Source of the DNA: a virus
Taxonomy: Duplodnaviria; Caudoviricetes
Strand: one strand, 5' to 3'
Length of the DNA stretch: 35,695 nucleotides
IMG/VR virus record: IMGVR_UViG_3300012667_000261
Location: 1 to 35,695 of that record
Shown: positions 26,397 to 34,694 of the stretch, one piece after another
Layout of the letters: every line of letters begins with the position of its first letter
Position numbering within the stretch: position 1 is the stretch's first letter
Made by a program: the position numbers and the translations under genes
Notes under the pieces: generated by a model
The model's input: only the letters and a program-made list of their open reading frames with translations
What the model was told of the DNA's origin: nothing
Databases searched by the model: none

Positions 26397-26978
26397 TCAT
26401 TCAATCACCCCGTCGCTCAGGAAGTCGATGTCATCTTCCATATCCTCGCCGCGCCGGATGGCCGTCACTTCAGCGCCTGGGAAAGATAGCTTAACCGCAT
26501 CGACAAGGCCGTTGCGGTGTGCGTGCAGCGCGATAGCGACTTCCCGCATGGTGTGGATGGCGATGCCCGGACGCTTGGCATATGCGGCAGGCCATTCGCG
26601 GTGATCTTCAATAATTCCGTAGATTGTGCCATCGTATTCGTGTTCCCAAATCATCGGATCAGAAATTGGGTGGCCTGATTTAATTGCCTCCTCATCCATT
26701 GCTTTTAATCCGCGCAAACAAACTTCGACCCAGAATTTAACTTTGTCCGGGTCTTCGGCGTCAATTGCCGAATTGAGGCCAGCCATTGCCTTGCCCCATT
26801 TATCAGCGCTTTCGACTGATACCATTTCCGGCAAGCGATCAACGCCCCATTTGGCATCCATGGCGCGGACAGCATTGTCAAACGGTGCCAGCGACAGATC
26901 GGCGCGGATCTGGTTGGCCGTTGCCTGCTTGTGCAGGAAGCGGTCATCTTTCTTCTGGCGTGTTGGTCTATTGGCCAT
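26397..26978 (-). CDS. Conserved hypothetical protein downstream of the primase-helicase
   Basis: ATG 26978 with GAGGAG; MDAKWGVDRLPEMVS and KLSFPGAEV motifs; acidic C-terminus. Confidence 0.78.
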   Translation of the reverse strand: MANRPTRQKKDDRFLHKQATANQIRADLSLAPFDNAVRAMDAKWGVDRLPEMVSVESADKWGKAMAGLNSAIDAEDPDKVKFWVEVCLRGLKAMDEEAIKSGHPISDPMIWEHEYDGTIYGIIEDHREWPAAYAKRPGIAIHTMREVAIALHAHRNGLVDAVKLSFPGAEVTAIRRGEDMEDDIDFLSDGVIE

Positions 26979-27041
26979 CGTGGTCTCCTCTTTTCTATCT
27001 TGATCCATGCTGCCGTTGCCAACCCTAGACTTGGGCAACCC

Positions 27042-27193
27042 CAGCGGTGTGCGCCGCTGCTGCGCCGCTAGGCAGGCAGCAGTGGCGCGCACTGCGCCGC
27101 TGGGTTTACCCTATAGGGTTGGCTTTCCAGTGGCGCAACCATTTTGCGCCGCTGGCGCGCCACTGAAACGGAATTTTGAAATCCAGTGGCGCA
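27042..27193. repeat. Iteron-like cluster, putative replication origin
   Basis: About 8 copies of GCGCCRCTG / CAGTGGCGC in both orientations (27050, 27061, 27080, 27093, 27128, 27145, 27157, 27184) and palindrome ACCCTATAGGGT 27108-27119, directly after the primase-helicase stop. Confidence 0.75.
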
Positions 27194-27195
27194 CA

Positions 27196-29529
27196 TCAAA
27201 TTTGCTCCCCAACTCGCCCAACCGGGCGCACACCTTTGCGGTCCTTGCGCTGCGCTTCAGAGCGATATTCAAACTCCTCGATCAGGCCGCGCTCATGCCA
27301 TGTTTTGATGATGCGCTTGGCCTGTCCTTCATTCTTCATATGCGCCGGATCATCAAAGGCGAATGTCGTGACAACACGGCCAACGAATCTATCGCGGTCC
27401 TGCGGCCTTATTGAATAATATTCTTCTGACCCGTCACTTGTTTTGGGTCCAAGTTCAATTAGGCGCAGCATTTCGTTGACGACTTTATCAGTCATCCCTT
27501 TCCACTCATCAGGCAATTCAAAAGGCACGCAGACGCCAATCCATTCGCCATTGTCGATTTTAACGCCGATCATCTGTCGGTATGTTGATTTATCTGCTGG
27601 CGGCGCAAGGTTGGCTTTACCGTCATCAACGCGGAAAATTCCTTTTGCCTGCTCTGGATCAACGCCCAGCTTCACGGCATCATCTTCGGAAACCCTATTG
27701 ATAACCCGCGCAGCCCGTGCAGCCCCGATCAGTGAGCCTGCGCCGCGCACGCTGTCAATGCTGGCATCCTCGCCGTTGCCTTTGCGGATATGGTGAACAA
27801 GCCCGATGGCAGCTTTAGTTTCGTCTGCCACGCGCCGGATTTCGGCCACGATGGCGTTGACGGCCATGTTGTCGTTCTCGTTAATGCTGTGCGCGCCGAC
27901 GAATGGGTCAATGAACACGCAGCCGATCTGCTTTTCGGGGATCTTGCGGCAGAGATATTCGACTAGCTTTGTATTTGGTAGGACGCCTTCGCGGGTCTGG
28001 ATGCCAAACTTTAGGCTGAAATCCCGGCCCGCGTTGACGAATAGGCGGCCAGCAACTTCGGCGGGCTTGATGCCATAGTGCCGCATGGCCGACAGCACGC
28101 GGCGCTGGATTTCTTCAAGTGGGTCTTCAAGGTTGACGATCCAGACGTTGGTGCGCTCTTTGACTTCCTCGCCCAAGAGTGGCCGACCCGTGACGATGGC
28201 CAACGCTTCCACGATCTGGAGGCTTGTTTTGCCGATGCCGCCAGCCGATGCCAGCACGCTGACGAAGGATCGCAGATAATGGTGGGCATAAATCCACCTG
28301 CGCGGCTCGATACTGGCCTCGTCAAACATGTCGTAAAGGCTGGGCCAGTCTGGCGCGCTTTCTGGCGCGTCTGCGGGCGCATCTGGTATATTGCTGGCCC
28401 CGTCATCATCAAAGTCATCCATCGCGCTGCTGGGCGGCTCTGGCGCGGCCTGCGGTGCCACATAGTCAAAGTCATCCATGCCGTTCTCCGGCATTTCGCT
28501 GCGGGTTGGGTTGATCTCGTTGCCGTAGGCGCGGACGGCTGCATCGAAATCGCCGCCATGCTCGTAATGGACGAACAGGTCAAAGGCATCTCCCCAGCAA
28601 TAGGAATGTTCGCCCAGCGACTTCGGGCGGCCAACGCCAGCGGCTGCGTCTGATCCTGACAGGCTGACCCAATGCGTGCCGAAATTCTCGGTCGCGTATG
28701 ATGGGCTGGTTTGATAGCGGGATCGGTAATGCGCCGACGATCCGCGCCGCTCGTATTGATAGCGGGCCAACAGGTCGTCAATGATGTGGTCTGCGTTGAA
28801 GGCATCGACCGGGCTGACCTCATCGGGAAACTTCTGGCGCCGATCCGCGCGCTGGCGTTCCCGCTCTGCCCGCGCACGGTCGGCCTGCTCTGCGGCAAGG
28901 CGTTGCTGTTCCGCGCGGCGGTTGACCTCTTGGATGATCGGGCTGTCCGCATCGAGGCGCAATGTTTTGCCGCGCAGGATGCGGTGCTGATAGAAGATCG
29001 GGCTGGCGTCGTGGTTGCGCTTATCCATCGGCACGTTGGGCAGATAGATCGGCTGGCCGCAGCGCGCCAACGCGCCGTCTGGATGGATGCCGTTGATGTG
29101 CAGCAGGTCAAACAGCGCCGTTTGGATGGCCTCATATTCCGCGCCGGATATGACCCCGGCCAGCGGGATGATGGCGCGCCATTTGCGGTTGGCTTCGGAT
29201 GCGCCAGATGACGAATAGATCAGCAGGCTGACATCGCCGCAGACAGCGCGCACAGCCTCTTGAACCTCGTCAATCGACGGGTTGCCGCGGTCGATGTCGA
29301 TGGCCAGCGCGCGGAATGTTCCATTCTCACGCTGGGCTTCATGGGCGCGACCGTCGTGGCCGCGATATGTTGACGGGATGAAGAAATCCGCATCGCGCTT
29401 TTCTTTCGCCTGTGGGTTTTGGACCAGCTTGACGATCTCGTTCCACGCGATGCCGGGATAAGTCTCGCCGGGTTTGTCGATCAGCGTGAAAAAGGAACCG
29501 GGCGCGGTGAGGAAGCGGACATCAGACAT
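27196..29529 (-). CDS. Primase-helicase (AEP-like N-terminus plus RepA/AAA_25 SF4-like helicase)
   Basis: AIDID, KWRAIIPL, QPIYLP; Walker A AGGIGKT, NLED, FIDP, LVHHIRK, RGAGSL, KANLAP; start 29529 or 29553. Confidence 0.88.
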   Translation of the reverse strand: MSDVRFLTAPGSFFTLIDKPGETYPGIAWNEIVKLVQNPQAKEKRDADFFIPSTYRGHDGRAHEAQRENGTFRALAIDIDRGNPSIDEVQEAVRAVCGDVSLLIYSSSGASEANRKWRAIIPLAGVISGAEYEAIQTALFDLLHINGIHPDGALARCGQPIYLPNVPMDKRNHDASPIFYQHRILRGKTLRLDADSPIIQEVNRRAEQQRLAAEQADRARAERERQRADRRQKFPDEVSPVDAFNADHIIDDLLARYQYERRGSSAHYRSRYQTSPSYATENFGTHWVSLSGSDAAAGVGRPKSLGEHSYCWGDAFDLFVHYEHGGDFDAAVRAYGNEINPTRSEMPENGMDDFDYVAPQAAPEPPSSAMDDFDDDGASNIPDAPADAPESAPDWPSLYDMFDEASIEPRRWIYAHHYLRSFVSVLASAGGIGKTSLQIVEALAIVTGRPLLGEEVKERTNVWIVNLEDPLEEIQRRVLSAMRHYGIKPAEVAGRLFVNAGRDFSLKFGIQTREGVLPNTKLVEYLCRKIPEKQIGCVFIDPFVGAHSINENDNMAVNAIVAEIRRVADETKAAIGLVHHIRKGNGEDASIDSVRGAGSLIGAARAARVINRVSEDDAVKLGVDPEQAKGIFRVDDGKANLAPPADKSTYRQMIGVKIDNGEWIGVCVPFELPDEWKGMTDKVVNEMLRLIELGPKTSDGSEEYYSIRPQDRDRFVGRVVTTFAFDDPAHMKNEGQAKRIIKTWHERGLIEEFEYRSEAQRKDRKGVRPVGRVGEQI

Positions 29530-29575
29530 TATTGACGCCCTTGTAAATAGCATGGTTTGGCTGTAGATTTTTCAT
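29522..29575 (-). CDS. 17-aa leader ORF overlapping the primase start
   Basis: GAGGAG then ATG 29575; MKNLQPNHAIYKGVNNV; ends in ATGTCTGA, overlapping primase ATG 29529. Confidence 0.45.
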   Translation of the reverse strand: MKNLQPNHAIYKGVNNV

Positions 29576-29605
29576 CGGACAATCTCCTCTCGGTCCTCAT
29601 CGCTT

Positions 29606-29650
29606 AAAGCCCGGCAAGTTGGTCGCTTGCCGGGCTTTTATTATTTTATT
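29606..29650. terminator. Strong hairpin between SSB-like and primase genes
   Basis: 13-bp perfect stem AAAGCCCGGCAAG (29606-29618)/CTTGCCGGGCTTT (29626-29638); the longer T-rich tail is on the plus strand. Confidence 0.75.
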
Positions 29651-30296
29651 AACGCCATTCCATAATCCACGGGATTTCATCATCCATGGATTGCTGAATT
29701 GCTTGCCGTTTTTCTTCCGCCAACGGCTTTTGCTCAAACGGGTCAGCCTTGCTTTCCACGGTGTCGAAATCATCCATCCCGCCGTCGCCGTAGCGGGCTT
29801 CTGTGACCTGCACAGCGTCCAGCAGCAGCGAGATGCCGCCATTGCCTTCAGGATCGACCACAGCGACGGCCCAAGCGCGCACGGTGCCTTTGCTGCCGCC
29901 CCAGAAAGCCAGATCGGCCAAAGGCTGCTTTTGCCCGTCGATGACGGTAGGTGCCTTATTCGGGCTGCCGTCTTTCTTCATGCCGTTGCGCTTGGCCGAA
30001 AAGCTGACGGTCCCGGCTTCCTCGTTTTTCTTCATGCCGAACACGGTTTTGAATTGCGGCATCTTGGAGTTGCGGGAGCGACAGGCTTCGTAATGGGCGC
30101 GAAGCTGCTCGTAGATCGGGCGGGCATCTTCTTTCGACATCTCGAAGCCGACCGACCATGCAGCGCCTGAAGCGGTCTGCGCGCAAGGTTCGCTGGCCTG
30201 CTTCTGGGTATTGAAACGATAGGTTTGGTTCAGCTTCGGGAATTGCAGCGTGACGTTTTTCGCCAGCACTTTCAGAAAGTCATCATTGTTTGCCAT
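29649..30296 (-). CDS. Single-stranded DNA-binding protein (T7 gp2.5-like)
   Basis: NVTLQFPKL, PTVIDG, WGGSKGTV, GISLLLDAVQV, acidic tail MDDEIPW; GAGGAG RBS. Confidence 0.75.
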   Translation of the reverse strand: MANNDDFLKVLAKNVTLQFPKLNQTYRFNTQKQASEPCAQTASGAAWSVGFEMSKEDARPIYEQLRAHYEACRSRNSKMPQFKTVFGMKKNEEAGTVSFSAKRNGMKKDGSPNKAPTVIDGQKQPLADLAFWGGSKGTVRAWAVAVVDPEGNGGISLLLDAVQVTEARYGDGGMDDFDTVESKADPFEQKPLAEEKRQAIQQSMDDEIPWIMEWR

Positions 30297-30321
30297 GGTG
30301 TGTTCTCCTCACTGGCGGGTT

Positions 30322-31134
30322 TTAGAAGTCAACGCTTTCGTCGAAAACGTCAGCCTCAGGCTCATCGGTCTGCCAACGCGGCAGGTCGATAGGATTAATC
30401 AGTGGCCATCCGGTTGTATAGTCACCGGATGCTTCGGCCTTGCTGATTTTTTCTAGGGTCTGCGTCACGCGCAGATCGGCGGCCTTCAGATAAGGCTCAC
30501 TCAATTCGTGCAGGCCGATCGCGTAGGGGGCTTCTTTCTCCACGGCGACGAAGATGAAAGCCTTGGCCTCATGCCCCGCAGCGCGCAGGCAGCGCAGGTA
30601 GAAGGCGGCTTGCAAATCGTAACCATAGTTACGGAGTTCGCGCGGGAAGCCTTCCGGGCTGGCATCTCTGGTTGTCTTGATGTCGAACACGATGCCGGGA
30701 TGCGACAGATAGCCATCGGGCCGGCATTTGATTTCAACGCCTGTCACCGGGTCGGTCGCAAAAAAGCTGGCTTCGGCAATGAAGGTTTTGTCGATCAGGT
30801 AGCGGGCGACAACAGGATGCGCGCGGGTTGATTCGGCGATGCGTTCGGCCAGATCAAAGTCGCTTTCGGTTAGCAGGATTTTTCCATCCAGATCAGCGGC
30901 AAGGCTGGCCTCTTTCCATTTGTTGCCGCGGCGATCCTCCGGGCCGCGCAGGACAAGGTTCTTTTCGGGTTCCAGCGCCAAGGCATGCACGGCGCTGCCG
31001 AGAGCGAAAGCCGGGCTTGATTTGTAAACCTTGTTCTTCCAGTGCAGCAGGGATTTGCTGGCAACCATCTTTACATCGCTGCTGCTGATCTCTGGGCGCG
31101 TGTGGTATTCGGTGTTTGACAGATCGCGGATCAT
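30322..31134 (-). CDS. RecE / exonuclease VIII-like PD-(D/E)XK nuclease (DUF3799)
   Basis: YH...ISSS, GSAVHALALEP, E.SFF, KCRPD, DIKTT, YDLQAAFY, FIFVAVEKEAPY. Confidence 0.9.
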   Translation of the reverse strand: MIRDLSNTEYHTRPEISSSDVKMVASKSLLHWKNKVYKSSPAFALGSAVHALALEPEKNLVLRGPEDRRGNKWKEASLAADLDGKILLTESDFDLAERIAESTRAHPVVARYLIDKTFIAEASFFATDPVTGVEIKCRPDGYLSHPGIVFDIKTTRDASPEGFPRELRNYGYDLQAAFYLRCLRAAGHEAKAFIFVAVEKEAPYAIGLHELSEPYLKAADLRVTQTLEKISKAEASGDYTTGWPLINPIDLPRWQTDEPEADVFDESVDF

Positions 31135-31568
31135 TTCTTTCCCTTTCCATAAAGTGCAATCAAAGCGCTTTCGGCCCGGCCATCATCCTTCACCCGCGCC
31201 CACTGATCCGAGCAGTCGGGGAAGTATTGGCTGGCCAGCGCGCGGCTTGCGTTCTTGTCGGTCGAGAGCCGCATGGTTTTCTTCCACGCGGACGGGTCAA
31301 CCTCGAAAACCGGGATGCCCGCGAAAAACAGGCAGGCTTTCAGTTCACCGTATGCCTGCGCGATGGTGACGGCGTTTTTGATGCCGATCATGCGCGGGAA
31401 GAACGGGCGTTCCAACCAGCAACATTTGACTGGACCGATGGCAGAAATCAGCGCCCGCTTTTCGTCGAGCGTGCCGGGCATGTCGTGCGTCGTGACCTGC
31501 ATTTCGTCGCAGTCCAGCACGGCGAAGGCACCCTTTTTTCCTAAATCAATTCCGATGATGCGGGTCAC
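31131..31568 (-). CDS. RuvC-like Holliday junction resolvase
   Basis: IIGIDLGKKGA, WLE, P.AWKK, DDGRAESALIA. Confidence 0.85.
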   Translation of the reverse strand: MTRIIGIDLGKKGAFAVLDCDEMQVTTHDMPGTLDEKRALISAIGPVKCCWLERPFFPRMIGIKNAVTIAQAYGELKACLFFAGIPVFEVDPSAWKKTMRLSTDKNASRALASQYFPDCSDQWARVKDDGRAESALIALYGKGKK

Positions 31569-31831
31569 TGTTCACCCCCAATCTCGCCAGCCAGCGCGCT
31601 ATACCCTGCCGCGTCGACCGCTGAGTCCACATGCTGCGGGTTGGCCTTCATCCGCGCCAGCTTCATCAGCGTCATCATCACGGCCACATCGTGCGGAGCG
31701 ACGGCATGATCCAGATGCGCCGACCAGTAGGCCGCGATGAGGCCGAAAAGGTTTTCAGCTTCGCCGTGCGTGGCGGCCCGATCAACGGTCACGCATTGCT
31801 TGGCTGCGTCAAGGATGTCTGCACGATTCAT
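31565..31831 (-). CDS. DUF6378-like phage protein
   Basis: Start moved to 31831; DRAATHG...F..IA.YWS...DVAVMM.LMKLAR...DS.VD.AGY. Confidence 0.82.
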   Translation of the reverse strand: MNRADILDAAKQCVTVDRAATHGEAENLFGLIAAYWSAHLDHAVAPHDVAVMMTLMKLARMKANPQHVDSAVDAAGYSALAGEIGGEQ

Positions 31832-32037
31832 TCCACTTTCCCCCAGTTTGCCGCATCGCGCAGCGTTTCGTTTCCGGTCATGTCGGCCAGCCGATTGCGC
31901 GCCATGGGATGCGGGGTTGTTTTGCCTTGCATCCAACGCCAGACTGTTGCCCGGTCGGCTGGGATTTGCGCGCAGATCCAGCCCAGCTTTCGCCCGCCTT
32001 CATCTGCCCATTGCTTGAGTGCGTCTTGCGCCTTCAC
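31828..32037 (-). CDS. Cro-like HTH transcriptional regulator
   Basis: GTG 32037 with AGGAGG; WICAQIPADRATVWRWMQGKTTP; first gene of the leftward arm. Confidence 0.75.
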   Translation of the reverse strand: MKAQDALKQWADEGGRKLGWICAQIPADRATVWRWMQGKTTPHPMARNRLADMTGNETLRDAANWGKVE

Positions 32038-32039
32038 GG

Positions 32040-32160
32040 CGTCCTCCTGTGTTGCGTCGTCTCGCAATACATATTTTGCAAGAAATCTCGCGTCAAGCGC
32101 AAATTTGTTGTTGCATGTGGCGCGGCAGGTTGTATGGTGAGCATACGAGTTAGCAAACAA
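32040..32160. promoter_or_regulatory. Divergent promoter/operator region
   Basis: Leftward TTGACG (32091-32096)-17-TATGTA (32068-32073); rightward TTGCAT (32111-32116)-16-TATGGT (32133-32138); inverted repeats TTGCG-N6-CGCAA (32052-32067) and GTATG-N5-CATAC (32132-32146). Confidence 0.6.
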
Positions 32161-32162
32161 GG

Positions 32163-32351
32163 ATGACTGAGATGACCGAACAAATGAAGCGCACCCTGAT
32201 GCTTGCAGCAAGCCAGATTGGCGTTGCTGGATCGCAACTCACCTTTGAGGCGGAAAAAATGGGTTGGGTTGTGTTCTTCAAACGCCCGCAAAACAGCATG
32301 ACGCCAAGATACAAAATTACGGATGCTGGCCGGGATGCTTTGGCCGCCTGA
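32163..32351 (+). CDS. Small early protein, possibly winged-helix-like
   Basis: First rightward ORF; ends YKITDAGRDAL. Confidence 0.65.
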   Translation: MTEMTEQMKRTLMLAASQIGVAGSQLTFEAEKMGWVVFFKRPQNSMTPRYKITDAGRDALAA

Positions 32352-32415
32352 CCTTCCGGTGACCAGCCCTGCGGGGCTGGCATCCCGAAGGCCAACCAAG
32401 CAAGGAGACAAAACA

Positions 32416-32514
32416 ATGCGCATCCGTGACATCATCGGCGACCTGATCGGCGTCATCGCAATCTTCGCAACGGGCTACGGCTTGATGCTGATCGGCTACG
32501 GGATGGGGCTGTGA
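32416..32514 (+). CDS. 32-aa membrane mini-protein
   Basis: AAGGAG RBS, ATG 32416; MRIRDIIGDLIGVIAIFATGYGLMLIGYGMGL. Confidence 0.7.
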   Translation: MRIRDIIGDLIGVIAIFATGYGLMLIGYGMGL

Positions 32515-32705
32515 TGACCACCATAGAACAACTTGACGAATACATCGCACGCAAGCAGCAACAGATCGACGACCTTGTCGCGCGGCATGGCCAAGGCGTC
32601 AGGCCGGGGTGGGTTGGCGAGGAGATCGCCATCCTGCAATTTTACAAAGCAGACGCCGAAAAACAACTCGCAGCAATGGAAGAAGCGAACAATGGGAACG
32701 ACTGA
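32511..32705 (+). CDS. Hypothetical helical-hairpin protein
   Basis: 64-aa ORF overlapping both neighbours. Confidence 0.65.
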   Translation: MMTTIEQLDEYIARKQQQIDDLVARHGQGVRPGWVGEEIAILQFYKADAEKQLAAMEEANNGND

Positions 32706-33099
32706 GATCATCATCACCAACGTCTTGGCAACCGGCAGCAGCTTCGCCGTGCTGGCCGATGACATGACGCAAAGCGCATTTATCCCCAGCAAGATCACCG
32801 CAGCGCGCCCTGTGCGCCCCGGTGAGCGCGTGCAAGCCGTGCTGGTGCCGAATGTGGCGCACGGCGACAAGACGCCGTGGATGGCCGTTTCGCTGGATGG
32901 CGGCATGGATTTGACCGCGCCGCCCAGCGATCTGGAAAAGCTGATTCTTGCGGATCTGGACGAAGGCCGCGCCACTGTGCTGGAAGTAGCGGACAGTATT
33001 GATCGCCCAGAGGAAGCCGTGCGCAACGCGCTGACCGACATGATTTCACGCAACAAGGTCATCGCGTATCAGGTTTTTGATTTGCCGGAGGGCAAATGA
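32692..33099 (+). CDS. OB-fold-like plus HTH protein
   Basis: Start moved to 32692; GSSFAV...SAFIP...PGERVQAVLVPN...TPW.A then ATVLEVADSIDRPEEAVRNAL. Confidence 0.65.
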   Translation: MGTTEIIITNVLATGSSFAVLADDMTQSAFIPSKITAARPVRPGERVQAVLVPNVAHGDKTPWMAVSLDGGMDLTAPPSDLEKLILADLDEGRATVLEVADSIDRPEEAVRNALTDMISRNKVIAYQVFDLPEGK

Positions 33100-33359
33100 T
33101 GTTTACCACGACCCGCATCCTTCGCAAAAACATCTATGGCGACAACATTACCCACGATTACGCGGCAGTCACCCTGACCGCCATTCCGGGCGTCAAGATT
33201 GACGGCGACCGCAGCGAGACCGCCCCGACGCTGCCGATTATCCGGGCGAAGCGTGTTCCGCGCTCTCCCGCAGGGATCGCGCTGACAGCCGCCGCAGCGC
33301 GCCGCGTCGAGATGTTCCGGCAGGCACTGATTGAAGCAGCACAGGAGATTGAAGAATGA
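33096..33359 (+). CDS. Hypothetical protein
   Basis: GGAGG RBS; ATGA overlaps on both sides. Confidence 0.65.
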   Translation: MMFTTTRILRKNIYGDNITHDYAAVTLTAIPGVKIDGDRSETAPTLPIIRAKRVPRSPAGIALTAAAARRVEMFRQALIEAAQEIEE

Positions 33360-33685
33360 CTGATTACAACGACGGAAAAATCCACGGCTGGAACGGCGGC
33401 GACTGCCCGGTGCATCCTGATACGGTGGTGAAGGTGTGGTTTGACGGTCAGCTCAAGCAACAGCGTAAAGCTACGTTCCTCCGTTGGTCTAACGACAGGA
33501 CCGGATTGGATACCGACATCATCGCCTTCCAAGTGGTCAAGCAGTTTGTCGAGCCGAAGGTGCTCTGGGTGAATGAGTATGCGGGTGTCTTCTTCGTGCA
33601 TGAGAACGAGGAAATAGCCCGCGAAAATGTCCAGCCCGGTGTACATCGCATCGCCGTGAAGTATCAAGAGGTGAAAGATGACTGA
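33356..33685 (+). CDS. Hypothetical protein with HGWNGGDCPV...DIIAF module
   Basis: AGGAG RBS; N-terminus duplicated in the next gene. Confidence 0.75.
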   Translation: MTDYNDGKIHGWNGGDCPVHPDTVVKVWFDGQLKQQRKATFLRWSNDRTGLDTDIIAFQVVKQFVEPKVLWVNEYAGVFFVHENEEIARENVQPGVHRIAVKYQEVKDD

Positions 33686-33751
33686 TTACAACGACGGAAA
33701 AATCCACGGCTGGAACGGCGGCGACTGCCCGGTGCATCCTGATACGGTGGT
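33356..33751 (+). repeat. 74-bp identical direct repeat (33356-33429 and 33678-33751)
   Basis: ATGACTGATTAC...GATACGGTGGT identical in both genes; a second shared 23-bp block at 33514-33536 and 33836-33858. Confidence 0.92.
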
Positions 33752-34310
33752 TAAAGTATGGTTGCGAGACGAGGATTGGAACGAAGGCCCGATGGAGGCC
33801 GGGTTTTTGGGTTGGGCGCATGACGACGACAACTGCGACATCATCGCCTTCCAAGTGGACGAGGCTTATGCCGACGAAGAACTGAGCATCTCTGATGCGA
33901 CCTTGATCGCACGGCTGCGGGATGAACAGCCAGTAACGCAAGATTTCCAGCACACACTGAAGTGCGCCATGATGGATGCAGCCGCCGACCGCATTGAACA
34001 GCTTGCTGTGACCAACGAGCAACTTGTTGCGACCAACGAATCCCTGATTGCCGAGAACAAGCGGTTGGGCCAGCAGTGCGAAGGCTTGATGCAGGCCGGA
34101 ATGAACAGTGGTCAGGCGCTTATTATTGCTGAAAACAAGCTGGCGAAGGCGGTGGAGGCGTTGGAAGGCATGTGCCTTGAGTTTCGCCAATACGATCTTC
34201 CGTATGGCAGCGCCGCTTACGCAAAAGCTACAGCCACCCTCGCAGAGATCAAGCTGCACAGCGACAAATTTGCTACGCAAAAAGGAGAGGGCCAAGATGG
34301 CATGGTCTGA
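33678..34310 (+). CDS. Mosaic protein: HGWNGGDCPV module plus Ead/Ea22-like coiled coil
   Basis: Shared N-terminus; LIARLRD...AADRIE and coiled coil. Confidence 0.75.
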   Translation: MTDYNDGKIHGWNGGDCPVHPDTVVKVWLRDEDWNEGPMEAGFLGWAHDDDNCDIIAFQVDEAYADEELSISDATLIARLRDEQPVTQDFQHTLKCAMMDAAADRIEQLAVTNEQLVATNESLIAENKRLGQQCEGLMQAGMNSGQALIIAENKLAKAVEALEGMCLEFRQYDLPYGSAAYAKATATLAEIKLHSDKFATQKGEGQDGMV

Positions 34311-34518
34311 TTACAAAATCTGTGACCTCTGCGGGGATGCAAAGGTATTCTATGACGCAAACATCCTTGACGAGAGGTATTGCGCCACTTGGGGAGAGCC
34401 GTCCGATTACGACCCTATCGGCCTTAAAGCCATCTGCGGCGAATGCAACAAGACGCATGAAGTGGTTATTGCCCCCCGCGCCACCCTCGCAGAATTGAAA
34501 GGAGAAACCCATGAGTGA
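34297..34518 (+). CDS. Small zinc-ribbon protein
   Basis: AAGGAGAGG RBS, ATG 34297; CDLC...CGEC. Confidence 0.7.
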   Translation: MAWSDYKICDLCGDAKVFYDANILDERYCATWGEPSDYDPIGLKAICGECNKTHEVVIAPRATLAELKGETHE

Positions 34519-34684
34519 TCCACGAAAGATCATCTTGGATGATGGTGAAGTGATTTACAAATGCCGTGAATGTGATTTTGAGACTGATGAAAATGGTCAG
34601 TGCAGCGAGAGCAGCATGCCTTGCTACTACTGCACAGATCAATGTTCACAATGTGGTCGTGGCTATTGCGACCAATCTTGTTGA
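34511..34684 (+). CDS. 57-aa Cys-rich protein (not in ORF track)
   Basis: AAGGAG RBS; hand translation MSDPRKIILDDGEVIYKCRECDFETDENGQCSESSMPCYYCTDQCSQCGRGYCDQSC, 9 Cys. Confidence 0.72.
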   Translation: MSDPRKIILDDGEVIYKCRECDFETDENGQCSESSMPCYYCTDQCSQCGRGYCDQSC

Positions 34685-34694
34685 GGAGAGAGCC

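Noticed and set aside
27042-27193. Possible CRISPR or mini-array
   Set aside because: Units are 9-10 bp, mixed orientation, irregular spacing, no cas genes; fits iterons better.
28011-29135. 374-aa alternate-frame ORF inside the primase
   Set aside because: Ser/Arg/Thr-rich off-frame product of codon bias; no RBS or domain.
33356-33858. Possible diversity-generating retroelement template/variable repeat pair
   Set aside because: No reverse transcriptase in the window; copies are identical rather than adenine-mutated and lie at gene starts.
34566-34694. N-terminal extension of the 147-aa ORF in the track
   Set aside because: Overlaps the Cys-rich gene; the RBS-supported start is ATG 34695.
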